From assembly GCA_964016885.1 (NCBI GenBank), contig OZ024740.1:441688001-441752000 (forward strand): 64,000 nt of DNA, in the 5' to 3' direction. The translations under genes were made by a program, and so were the position numbers. A model generated the notes under the pieces. That model was not told the DNA's origin and made no database searches. It worked only from the letters and a program-made list of their open reading frames with translations. Positions within the stretch are counted from its first letter, which is position 1, and each line of letters opens with the position of its first letter. This DNA is from Eledone cirrhosa (Eukaryota). Shown one piece after another: positions 45,701 through 64,000 of this stretch.

Positions 45701-48700
45701 GTTATATATTACCACAATATATATACGACATATATTACCACAATATACATACGTTATATACTACCACAATATACATACGATATATATTACCACAATATAT
45801 ATATGATATATATTACCACAATATATATACGATATATATTAATATAATATACATACGATATATATTACCAGAATATATATACGATATATATTACCACAAT
45901 ATATATCCGATATATACTACCACAATATACATACGATATATATTACCACAATATACATACGATATATATTACCACAATATACATACGGTATATATTACCA
46001 CAATATATATACGATATATATGACCACAATATATATACGATATATATTACCACAATATATATACGATATATATTACCACAATATATATACGATATATATT
46101 ACCACAATATACATACGATATATATTACAACAATATACTTACGTTATATATTACCACAATATACATACAGTATATATTACCACAATATATATACGATATA
46201 TACTACCACAATATATATACGATATATATTACCACAATATATATACGATATATACTACCACAATATATATACGATATATACTACCACAATATATATACGA
46301 TATATACTACCACAATATACATACGATATATATTACCACAATATACGTACGATATATATTACCACAATATATATACGATATATATTACCACAATATACAT
46401 ACGATATCTACTACCACAATATATATACGTTATATATTACCACAATATATATACGATATATATTACCATAATATACATTCGGTATATATTACCACAATTT
46501 ATATGCGTTATATATTACCACAATATATATACGATATATATTACCACAATATATATACGTTATATATTACCACAATATACATACGATATATATTACTACA
46601 ATATACGTACGATATATATTACCACAATATATATACGATATATATTACCACAATATACATACGATATCTACTACCACAATATATATACGTTATATATTAC
46701 CACAATATATATACGATATATATTACCACAATATACATACGATATATACTACCACAATATATATACGTTATATATTACCACAATATATACACGATATATA
46801 TTACCACAATATACATACGATATATACTACCACAATATATATACGTTATATATTACCACAATATATATACGTTATATATTACCACAATATATATACGATA
46901 TATATTACCACAATATATATACGTTATATATTACCACAATATACATACGATATATATTACCACAATATACATACGATATATACTACCACAATAAATATAC
47001 GTTATATATTACCACAACATATATACGATATATATTACCACAATATATATACGTTATATATTACCACAATATACATACGATATATATTTCCAGAATATAC
47101 ATACGATATATATTACCACAATAAATATACGTTATATATTACCACAACATATATATGATATATATTACCACAATATATATACGTTATATATTACCACAAT
47201 ATATATACGATATATACTACCAAAATATACATACGATATATATTACCAGAATATACATACGGTATATATTACCACAATATACATACGATATATAATAACA
47301 CAATATATATACGATATATATTACCACAATATATATACGTTATATACTACCACAATATACATACGGTATATATTACCACAATATATATACGATATATATT
47401 ACCACAATATACATACGATATATATTACCACAATATACATACGATATATATTACCACAATATATATACGTTATATATTACCACAATATACATACGATATA
47501 TATTACCACAATATATATACGATATATATTACCACAATATAGATACGATATATATTCCCACAATATACATACGATATATATTACCACAATATATATACGA
47601 TATATACTACCACAATATATATACGTTATATATTACCACAATATACATACGATATATATTACCACAATATATATAGGTTATATATTAATACAATATACAT
47701 ACGAGATATATTCCCACAATATATATACGTTATATATTACCACAATATATATACGTTATATACTACCACAATATACATACGGTATATAATACCCCAATAT
47801 ATATACGATATATATTACCACAATATACATACGATATATATTACCACAATATACATACGATATATATTACCACAATATATATACGTTATATATTACCACA
47901 ATATACATACGATATATACTACCACAAAATATATACGATATATATTACCACAATATATATACGTTATATATTACCACAATATACATACGATATATATTAC
48001 CACAATATACATACGATATATATTACCACAATATATATAAGATATATATTACCACAATATACATACGATATATATTACTACAATATACATACGTTATATA
48101 TTACCACAATATATATACGTTATATATTACCACAATATATATACGATATATATTACCCCAATATGCGTACGATATATATTACCACAATATACATACGTTA
48201 TATATTACCACAATATACATACGGTATATATTACCACAATATATATACGATTTATACTACCACAATATATATACGTTATATATTACCACAATATATATAC
48301 GACATATATTACCACAATATACATACGTTATATACTACCACAATATACATACGATATATATTACCACAATATATATATGATATATATTACCACAATATAT
48401 ATACGATATATATTAATACAATATACATACGATATATATTACCAGAATATATATACGATATATTTTACCACAATATATATCCGATATATACTACCACAAT
48501 ATACATACGATATATATTACCACAATATATATACGTTATATATTACCACAATATACATACGATATATATTACTACAATATACGTACGATATATATTACCA
48601 CAATATATATACGATATATATTACCACAATATACATACGATATCTACTACCACAATATATATACGTTATATATTACCACAATATATATACGATATATATT

Positions 48701-51700
48701 ACCACAATATACATACGATATATACTACCACAATATATATACGTTATATATTACCACAATATATACACGATATATATTACCACAATATACATACGATATA
48801 TACTACCACAATATATATACGTTATATATTACCACAATATATATACGTTATATATTACCACAATATATATACGATATATATTACCACAATATATATACGT
48901 TATATATTACCACAATATACATACGATATATATTACCACAATATACATACGATATATACTACCACAATAAATATACGTTATATATTACCACAACATATAT
49001 ACGATATATATTACCACAATATATATACGTTATATATTACCACAATATACATACGATATATATTTCCAGAATATACATACGATATATATTACCACAATAA
49101 ATATACGTTATATATTACCACAACATATATACGATATATATTACCACAATATATATACGTTATATATTACCACAATATATATACGATATATACTACCAAA
49201 ATATACATACGATATATATTACCAGAATATACATACGGTATATATTACCACAATATACATACGATATATAATAACACAATATATATACGATATATATTAC
49301 CACAATATATATACGTTATATACTACCACAATATACATACGGTATATATTACCACAATATATATACGATATATATTACCACAATATACATACGATATATA
49401 TTACCACAATATACATACGATATATATTACCACAATATATATACGTTATATATTACCACAATATACATACGATATATATTACCACAATATATATACGATA
49501 TATATTACCACAATATAGATACGATATATATTCCCACAATATACATACGATATATATTACCACAATATATATACGATATATACTACCACAATATATATAC
49601 GTTATATATTACCACAATATACATACGATCTATATTACCACAATATATATAGGTTATATATTAATACAATATACATACGAGATATATTCCCACAATATAT
49701 ATACGTTATATATTACCACAATATATATACGTTATATACTACCACAATATACATACGGTATATAATACCCCAATATATATACGATATATATTACCACAAT
49801 ATACATACGATATATATTACCACAATATACATACGATATATATTACCACAATATATATACGTTATATATTACCACAATATACATACGATATATACTACCA
49901 CAAAATATATACGATATATATTACCACAATATATATACGTTATATATTACCACAATATACATACGATATATATTACCACAATATACATACGATATATATT
50001 ACCACAATATATATAAGATATATATTACCACAATATACATACGATATATATTACCACAATATACATACGTTATATATTACCACAATATATATACGTTATA
50101 TATTACCACAATATATATACGATATATATTACCCCAATATGCGTACGATATATATTACCACAATATACATACGTTATATATTACCACAATATACATACGG
50201 TATATATTACCACAATATATATACGATTTATACTACCACAATATATATACGTTATATATTACCACAATATATATACGACATATATTACCACAATATACAT
50301 ACGTTATATACTACCACAATATACATACGATATATATTACCACAATATATATATGATATATATTACCACAATATATATACGATATATATTAATACAATAT
50401 ACATACGATATATATTACCAGAATATATATACGATATATATTACCACAATATATATCCGATATATACTACCACAATATACATACGATATATATTACCACA
50501 ATATACATACGATGTATATTACCACAATATACATACGGTATATATTACCACAATATATATACGATATATATGACCACAATATATATACGATATATATTAC
50601 CACAATATATATACGATATATATTACCACAATATATATACGATATATATTACCACAATATACATACGATATATATTACAACAATATACTTACGTTATATA
50701 TTACCACAATATACATACAGTATATATTACCACAATATATATACGATATATACTACCACAATATATATACGATATATACTACCACAATATATATACGATA
50801 TATACTACCACAATATATATACGTTATATATTACCACAATATATATACGATATATATTACCACAATATATAAACGTTATATACTACCACAATTTACATAC
50901 GATATATATTACCACAACATACATACGGTATATATTACCACAATATATATACGATATATATTACCACAATATACATACGACATATATTCCCACAATATAC
51001 ATACGATATATATTACCACAATATACGTACGATATATATTACCACAATATATATACGATATATATTACCACATTATACATACGATATCTACTACCACAAT
51101 ATATATACGTTATATATTACCACAATATATATACGATATATATTACCATAATATACATTCGGTATATATTACCACAATTTATATGCGTTATATATTACCA
51201 CAATATATATACGATATATATTACCACAATATATATACGTTATATATTACCACAATATACATACGATATATATTACCACAATATACGTACGATATATATT
51301 ACCACAATATATATACGATATATATTACCACAATATACATACGATATCTACTACCACAATATATATACGTTATATATTACCACAATATATATACGATATA
51401 TATTACCACAATATACATACGATATATACTACCACAATATATATACGTTATATATTACCACAATATATACACGATATATATTACTACAATATACATACAA
51501 TATATACTACCACAATATATATACGTTATATATTACCACAATATATATACGTTATATATTACCACAATATATATACGATATATATTACCACAATATATAT
51601 ACGTTATATATTACCACAATATATATACGATATATATTACCACAATATACATACGATATATACTACCACAATAAATATACGTTATATATTACCACAACAT

Positions 51701-54700
51701 ATATACGATATATATTACCACAATATATATACGTTATATATTACCACAATATACATACGATATATATTTCCAGAATATACATACGATATATATTACCACA
51801 ATATACATACGATATATATTCCCATAATATATATACGTTATATATTACCACAATATACATACGATATATAGTTCCAGAATATACATACGATATATATTAC
51901 CACAATATATATACGTTATATATTACCACAATATACATACGATATATAATAACACAATATATATACGATATATATTACCACAATATACATACGTTATATA
52001 TTACCACAATATATATACGATATATATTACCACAATATATATACGATATATATTACCACAATATAAATACGATATATATTGCCACAATATACTTATGATA
52101 TATATTACCACAATATACATACGATATATAATAACACAATATATATACGATATATATTACCACAATATACAAACGTTATATATTACCACAATATATATAC
52201 GATATAAATTACCACAATATATATACGATATATATTACCACAATATATATACGTTATATACTACCACAATATACATACGGTATATATTACCACAATATAT
52301 ATACGATATATATTACCACAATATATATACGTTATATATTACCACAATATACATACGATATATATTACCACAATATATATACGTTATATATTACCACAAT
52401 ATACATACGATATATATTACCACAATATATATACGATATATATTACCACAATATAGATACGATATATATTCCCACAATATACATACGATATATATTACCA
52501 CAATATATATACGATATTTACTACCACAATATATATACGATATATACTACCACAATATATATACGTTATATATTACCACAATATACATACGATATATATT
52601 ACCACAATATACATACGATATATATTACCACAATATACATACGATATATAATACCACAATATATATACGATATATATTACCACAATATATATACGTTATA
52701 TACTACCACAATATACATACGGTATATATTACCACAATATATATACGATATATATTACCACAATATACATACGATATATATTACCACAATATACATACGA
52801 TATATATTACCACAATATATATACGTTATATATTACCACAATATACATACGATATATATTACCACAATATATATACGATATATATTACCACAATATAGAT
52901 ACGATATATATTCCCACAATATACATACGATATATATTACCACAATATATATACGATATATACTACCACAATATATATACGATATATACTACCACAATAT
53001 ATATACGTTATATATTACCACAATATACATACGATATATATTACCACAATATATATAGGTTATATATTAATACAATATACATACGAGATATATTCCCACA
53101 ATATATATACGTTATATATTACCACAATATATATACGTTATATACTACCACAATATACATACGGTATATAATACCCCAATATATATACGATATATATTAC
53201 CACAATATACATACGATATATATTACCACAATATACATACGATATATATTACCACAATATATATACGTTATATATTACCACAATATACATACGATATATA
53301 CTACCACAAAATATATACGATATATATTACCACAATATATATACGTTATATATTACCACAATATACATACGATATATATTACCACAATATACATACGATA
53401 TATATTACCACAATATATATAAGATATATATTACCACAATATACATACGATATATATTACCACAATATACATACGTTATATATTACCACAATATATATAC
53501 GTTATATATTACCACAATATATATACGATATATATTACCCCAATATGCGTACGATATATATTACCACAATATACATACGTTATATATTACCACAATATAC
53601 ATACGGTATATATTACCACAATATATATACGATTTATACTACCACAATATATATACGTTATATATTACCACAATATATATACGACATATATTACCACAAT
53701 ATACATACGTTATATACTACCACAATATACATACGATATATATTACCACAATATATATATGATATATATTACCACAATATATATACGATATATATTAATA
53801 CAATATAAATACGATATATATTACCAGAATATATATACGATATATATTACCACAATATATATCCGATATATACTACCACAATATACATACGATATATATT
53901 ACCACAATATACATACGATGTATATTACCACAATATACTTACGGTATATATTACCACAATATATATACGATATATATGACCACAATATATATACAATATA
54001 TATTACCACAATATATATACGATATATATTACCACAATATATATACGATATATATTACCACAATATACATACGATATATATTACAACAATATACTTACGT
54101 TATATATTACCACAATATACATACAGTATATATTACCACAATATATATACGATATATTCTACCACAATATATATACGTTATATATTACCACAATATACAT
54201 ACGATATATATTACCACAATATACATACGATATATATTACCCCAATATATATACGATATACACTACCACAATATATATACGATATATACTACCACAATAT
54301 ATATAAGATATATACTACCACAATATATATACGTTATATATTACCACAATATATATACGATATATATTACCACAATATATAAACGTTATATACTACCACA
54401 ATTTACATACGATGTATATTACCACAACATACATACGGTATATATTACCACAATATATATACGATATATATTACCACAATATACATACGACATATATTCC
54501 CACAATATACATACGATATATATTACCACAATATACGTACGATATATATTACCACAATATATATACGATATATATTACCACATTATACATACGATATCTA
54601 CTACCACAATATATATACGTTATATATTACCACAATATATATACGATATATATTACCATAATATACATTCGGTATATATTACCACAATTTATATGCGTTA

Positions 54701-57700
54701 TATATTACCACAATATATATACGATATATATTACCACAATATATATACGTTATATATTACCACAATATACATACGATATATATTACCACAATATACGTAC
54801 GATATATATTACCACAATATATATATGATATATATTACCACAATATACATACGATATCTAATACCACAATATATATACGTTATATATTACCACAATATAT
54901 ATACGATATATATTACCACAATATACATACGATATATACTACCACAATATATATACGTTATATATTACCACAATATATACACGATATATATTACTACAAT
55001 ATACATACAATATATACTACCACAATATATATACGTTATATATTACCACAATATATATACGTTATATATTACCACAATATATATACGATATATATTACCA
55101 CAATATATATACGTTATATATTACCACAATATACATACGATATATATTACCACAATATACATACGATATATACTACCACAATAAATATACGTTATATATT
55201 ACCACAACATATATACGATATATATTACCACAATATATATACGTTATATATTACCACAATATACATACGATATATATTTCCAGAATATACATACGATATA
55301 TATTACCACAATATACATACGATATATATTCCCATAATATATATACGTTATATATTACCACAATATACATACGATATATAGTTCCAGAATATATAAACGA
55401 TATATATTACCACAATATATATACGTTATATATTACCACAATATACATACGATATATAATAACACAATATATATACGATATATATTACCACAATATACAT
55501 ACGTTATATATTACCACAATATATATACGATATATATTACCACAATATATATACGATATATATTACCACAATATAAATACGATATATATTGCCACAATAT
55601 ACTTATGATATATATTACCACAATATACATACGATATATAATAACACAATATATATACGATATATATTACCACAATATACATACGTTATATATTACCACA
55701 ATATATATACGATATAAATTACCACAATATATAAACGATATATATTACCACAATATATATACGTTATATACTACCACAATATACATACGGTATATATTAC
55801 CACAATATATATACGATATATATTACCACAATATATATACGTTATATATTACCACAATATACATACGATATATATTACCACAATATATATACGTTATATA
55901 TTACCACAATATACATACGATATATATTACCACAATATATATACGATATATATTACCACAATATAGATACGATATATATTCCCACAATATACATACGATA
56001 TATATTACCACAATATATATACGATATATACTACCACAATATATATACGATATATACTACCACAATATATATACGTTATATATTACCACAATATACATAC
56101 GATATATATTACCACAATATACATACGATATATATTACCACAATATACATACGATATATAATACCACAATATATATACGATATATATTACCACAATATAT
56201 ATACGTTATATACTACCACAATATACATACGGTATATATTACCACAATATATATACGATATATATTACCACAATATACATACGATATATATTACCACAAT
56301 ATACATACGATATATATTACCACAATATATATACGTTATATATTACCACAATATACATACGATATATATTACCACAATATATATACGATATATATTACCA
56401 CAATATAGATACGATATATATTCCCACAATATACATACGATATATATTACCACAATATATATACGATATATACTACCACAATATATATACGATATATACT
56501 ACCACAATATATATACGTTATATATTACCACAATATACATACGATATATATTACCACAATATATATAGGTTATATATTAATACAATATACATACGAGATA
56601 TATTCCCACAATATATATACGTTATATATTACCACAATATATATACGTTATATACTACCACAATATACATACGGTATATAATACCCCAATATATATACGA
56701 TATATATTACCACAATATACATACGATATATATTACCACAATATACATACGATATATATTACCACAATATATATACGTTATATATTACCACAATATACAT
56801 ACGATATATACTACCACAAAATATATACGATATATATTACCACAATATATATACGTTATATATTACCACAATATACATACGATATATATTACCACAATAT
56901 ACATACGATATATATTACCACAATATATATAAGATATATATTACCACAATATACATACGATATATATTACCACAATATACATACGTTATATATTACCACA
57001 ATATATTTACGTTATATATTACCACAATATATATACGATATATATTACCCCAATATGCGTACGATATATATTACCACAATATACATACGTTATATATTAC
57101 CACAATATACATACGGTATATATTACCACAATATATATACGATTTATACTACCACAATATATATACGTTATATATTACCACAATATATATACGACATATA
57201 TTACCACAATATACATACGTTATATACTACCACAATATACATACGATATATATTACCACAATATATATATGATATATATTACCACAATATATATACGATA
57301 TATATTAATACTATATACATACGATATATATTACCAGAATATATATACGATATATATTACCACAATATATATCCGATATATACTACCACAATATACATAC
57401 GATATATATTACCACAATATACATACGATGTATATTACCACAATATACATACGGTATATATTACCACAATATATATACGATATATATGACCACAATATAT
57501 ATACGATATATATTACCACAATATATATACGATATATATTACCACAATATATATACGATATATATTACCACAATATACATACGATATATATTACAACAAT
57601 ATACTTACGTTATATATTACCACAATATACATACAGTATATATTACCACAATATATATACGATATATACTACCACAATATATATACGTTATATATTACCA

Positions 57701-60700
57701 CAATATACATACGATATATATTACCACAATATACATACGATATATATTACCCCAATATATATACGATATACACTACCACAATATATATACGATATATACT
57801 ACCACAATATATATACGATATATACTACCACAATATATATACGTTATATATTACCACAATATATATACGATATATATTACCACAATATATAAACGTTATA
57901 TACTACCACAATTTACATACGATATATATTACCACAACATACATACGGTATATATTACCACAATATATATACGATATATATTACCACAATATACATACGA
58001 CATATATTCCCACAATATACATACGATATATATTACCACAATATACGTACGATATATATTACCACAATATATATACGATATATATTACCACATTATACAT
58101 ACGATATCTACTACCACAATATATATACGTTATATATTACCACAATATATATACGATATATATTACCATAATATACATTCGGTATATATTACCACAATTT
58201 ATATGCGTTATATATTACCACAATATATATACGATATATATTACCACAATATATATACGTTATATATTACCACAATATACATACGATATATATTACCACA
58301 ATATACGTACGATATATATTACCACAATATATATACGATATATATTACCACAATATACATATGATATCTACTACCACAATATATATACGTTATATATTAC
58401 CACAATATATATACGATATATATTACCACAATATACATACGATATATACTACCACAATATATATACGTTATATATTACCACAATATATACACGATATATA
58501 TTACCACAATATACATACGATATATACTACCACAATATATATACGTTATATATTACCACAATATATATACGTTATATATTACCACAATATATATACGATA
58601 TATATTACCACAATATATATACGTTATATATTACCACAATATACATACGATATATATTACCACAATATACATACGATATATACTACCACAATAAATATAC
58701 GTTATATATTACCACAACATATATACGATATATATTACCACAATATATATACGTTATATATTACCACAATATACATACGATATATATTTCCAGAATATAC
58801 ATACGATATATATTACCACAATATACATACGATATATATTCCCATAATATATATACGTTATATATTACCACAATATACATACGATATATAGTTCCAGAAT
58901 ATACATACGATATATATTACCACAATATATATACGTTATATATTACCACAATATACATACGATATATAATAACACAATATATATACGATATATATTACCA
59001 CAATATACATACGTTATATATTACCACAATATATATACGATATATATTACCACAATATATATACGATATATATTACCACAATATAAATACGATATATATT
59101 GCCACAATATACTTATGATATATATTACCACAATATACATACGATATATAATAACACAATATATATACGATATATATTACCACAATATACATACGTTATA
59201 TATTACCACAATATATATACGATATATATTACCACAATATATATACGATATATATTACCACAATATATATACGTTATATACTACCACAATATACATACGG
59301 TATATATTACCACAATATATATACGATATATATTACCACAATATATATACGTTATATATTACCACAATATACATACGATATATATTACCACAATATATAT
59401 ACGTTATATATTACCACAATATACATACGATATATATTACCACAATATATATACGTTATATATTACCACAATATACATACGATATATGTTACCACAATAT
59501 AAATACGATATATATTACCACAATATACATACGATATATACTACGACAATATACATACGATATATATTACCACAATATACATACTATATATATTACCACA
59601 ATATACATATGATATATATTACCACAATATACATACGATATATATTACCACAATATATATACGATATATATTACCACAATATACATACGATATATATTAC
59701 CACAATATACATACGATATATATTACACAATATACATACTGTATATATTACCACAATATATATACGATATATATTACCAAAATATACATACAATATATAT
59801 TAACATAATATACATACGATATATATTAATACAATATATATACGATATATATTATATTACCACAATATACATACGATATATATTACCACAATATATATAC
59901 GTTATATATTACCACAATATACATACGATATATATTACCACAATATACATAAGATATATATTACCTCAATATATATACGATATATATTACCACAATATAT
60001 ATACGATATATATTACCACAATATATATACGATATATATTACCACAATATACATACGTTATATATTACCACAATATACATTCGTTATATATTACCACAAT
60101 ATACATACGATGTATACTACCACAATATACATACGATATATATTACCACAATATACATACGGTATATATTACCACAATATATATACGATATATATTACCA
60201 CAATATACATACGATATATATTCCCACAATATATATACGATATATATTACCACAATATATATACGATATATATTACCACAATATATATACGTTATATATT
60301 ACCACAATATACATACGATATATATTACCACAATATATATACGATATATATTACCACAATATAGATACGATATATATTCCCACAATATACATACGATATA
60401 TATTACCACAATATATATACGATATATACTACCACAATATATATACGATATATACTACCACAATATATATACGTTATATATTACCACAATATACATACGA
60501 TATATATTACCACAATATACATACGATATATATTACCACAATATACATACGATATATAATACCACAATATATATACGTTATATATTACCACAATATATAT
60601 ACGATATATATTACCACAATATATATACGTTATATATTACCACAATATACATACGATATATATTACCACAATATACATACGATATATATTACCACAATAT

Positions 60701-63700
60701 ATATACGATAAATACTACCACAATATACATACGATATATATTACCACAATATATATACGATATATATTACCACAATATATATACGTTATATATTACCACA
60801 ATATACATACGATATATATTACCACAATATATATACGATATATACTACCACAATATATATACGATATATATTACTACAATATACATACGACATATATTAC
60901 CACAATATACATACGGTATATACTACCACAATGTATATACGATATATATTACCACAATATACATACGATATATATTACCACAATATACACACGATATATA
61001 CTACCACAATATATATACGATATATATTACCACAATATATATACGATATATATTACCACAATATATATACGATATATATTACCACAATATATATACGATA
61101 TATATTACCACAATATATATACGTTGTATATTAATACAATATACATACGAGATATATTACCACAATATATATACGTTATATATTACCACAATATATATAC
61201 GTTATATACTACCACAATATATATACGGTATATATTACTACAATATATATACGATATATATTACCACAATATACATACGATATATATTACCACAATATCC
61301 ATACGATATATACTACCACAATATATATACGATATATATTACCACAATATATATACGTTATATATTACCACAATATACATACGATATATATTACCACAAT
61401 ATATATACGATAAATACTACCACAATATACATACGATATATATTACCACAATATATATACGATATATATTACCACAATATATATACGTTATATATTACCA
61501 CAATATACATACGATATATATTACCACAATATATATACGTTATATATTACCACAATATAAATACGATATATATTACCACAATATACATAAGATATATATT
61601 ACCAGAATATACATACGATATATATTACCACAATATATATACGATATATATTACCACAATATTCATACGATATATATTACCACAATATACATACGATATA
61701 TATTACCACAATATACATACGATATATATTACCACAATATACATACGGTATACATTACCACAATATATATACGATATATATTACCACAATATATACACGA
61801 TATATATTACCACAATATATATACGTTATATATTAATACAATATACATACGAGATATATTACCACAATATATATACAGTATATATTACCACAATATATAT
61901 ACGATATATATTACCACAATATACATACGATATATATTACCACAATATACATACGATATATATTACCACGATATATATACGTTATATATTACCACAATAT
62001 ACATACGATATATATTACTACAATATACATACGATATATATTACCACAATATATATAATATATATATTACCACAATATACATACGATATATATTACCACA
62101 ATATACATACGTTACATATTACCACAATATATATACGTTATAAATTACCACAATATATATACGATATATATTACCACAATATACATATAATATGTATTAC
62201 CACAATATACATACGGTATATATTACCACAATATACATACAGTATATATTACCACAATATATATACGATATATACTACCACAATATATATACGTTATATA
62301 TTACCACAATATACATACGATATATATTACCACAATATACATACGATATATATTACCCCAATATATATACGATATATACTACCACAATATATATACGATA
62401 TATACTACCACAATATATATACGATATATACTACCACAATATATATACGTTATATATTACCACAATATATATACGATATATATTACCACAATATATAAAC
62501 GTTATATACTACCACAATTTGCATACGATATATATTACCACAACATACATACGATATATATTACCACAATATATATACGATATATATTACCACAATATAT
62601 ATACGTTATATATTACCACAATATACATACGATATATATTACCACAATATACATACGATATATATTACCACAATATACATACGATATATATTACCCCAAT
62701 ATATATACGATATACACTACCACAATATATATACGATATATACTACCACAATATATATACGATATATACTACCACAATATATATACGTTATATATTACCA
62801 CAATATATATACGATATATATTACCACAATATATAAACGTTATATACTACCACAATTTACATACGATATATATTACCACAACATACATACGGTATATATT
62901 ACCACAATATATATACGATATATATTACCACAATATACATACGACATATATTCCCACAATATACATACGATATATATTACCACAATATACGTACGATATA
63001 TATTACCACAATATATATACGATATATATTACCACATTATACATACGATATCTACTACCACAATATATATACGTTATATATTACCACAATATATATACGA
63101 TATATATTACCATAATATACATTCGGTATATATTACCACAATTTATATGCGTTATATATTACCACAATATATATACGATATATATTACCACAATATATAT
63201 ACGTTATATATTACCACAATATATATACGATATATATTACCACAATATACGTACGATATATATTACCACAATATATATACGATATATATTACCACAATAT
63301 ACATACGATATCTAATACCACAATATATATACGTTATATATTACCACAATATATATACGATATATATTACAACAATATACATACGATATATACTACCACA
63401 ATATATATACGTTATATATTACCACAATATATACACGATATATATTACTACAATATACATACAATATATACTACCACAATATATATACGTTATATATTAC
63501 CACAATATATATACGTTATATATTACCACAATATATATACGATATATATTACCACAATATATATACGTTATATATTACCACAATATACATACGATATATA
63601 TTACCACAATATACATACGATATATACTACCACAATAAATATACGTTATATATTACCACAACATATATACGATATATATTACCACAATATATATACGTTA

Positions 63701-64000
63701 TATATTACCACAATATACATACGATATATATTACCACAATATACATACGATATATATTACCACAATATATATAAGATATATATTACCACAATATATATAC
63801 GTTATATATTACCACAATATACATACGTTATATATTACCACAATATATTTACGTTATATATTACCACAATATATATACGATATATATTACCCCAATATGC
63901 GTACGATATATATTACCACAATATACATACGTTATATATTACCACAATATACATACGGTATATATTACCACAATATATATACGATTTATACTACCACAAT
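15762..64000. repeat. 26-bp satellite array, >48 kb, ~1,850 monomers (TATATAYTACCACAATATAYATACGW), running off the window
   Basis: Read directly. No non-satellite interruption was seen, and rare variants recur at kilobase-scale periods. Confidence 0.98.

Noticed and set aside
15646-63638. Dozens of long Y/I/T/H-rich plus-strand ORFs (up to 967 aa)
   Set aside because: The 26-bp consensus has no stop codon on the plus strand, so all three frames give the same 26-aa cycle. This is an artefact of the satellite.
15762-64000. Telomeric repeat
   Set aside because: No TTAGGG- or TTAGG-type units; a centromeric or subtelomeric role cannot be judged from sequence alone.

Overview
AT-rich eukaryotic (metazoan) DNA. 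The SINE and (TA)n content looks cephalopod/octopus-like, but that is from recall and unverified. Bases 1-15,760 hold six small minus-strand exons with GT-AG sites and consistent phases. They splice into one open frame encoding the N-terminal MG1-MG2 region of a thioester-protein family member (alpha-2-macroglobulin/CD109/TEP; motif IFLQTDKPIY). The introns are packed with repeats: a decayed Penelope-like element with a GIY-YIG domain and inverted ends, several fold-back elements inserted in (TA)n, hammerhead-ribozyme-like motifs (one in a retrozyme-like ~315-bp unit), SINEs, an RTE LINE 3' end, and 54-, 24- and 41-bp minisatellites. From ~15,762 to the window end is one continuous 26-bp satellite (TATATATTACCACAATATAYATACGA, ~1,850 copies) with kilobase-scale higher-order duplications. 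No signal-peptide exon was found before it, so it may sit in intron 1. The long ORFs in the 24-bp and 26-bp arrays are repeat artefacts.
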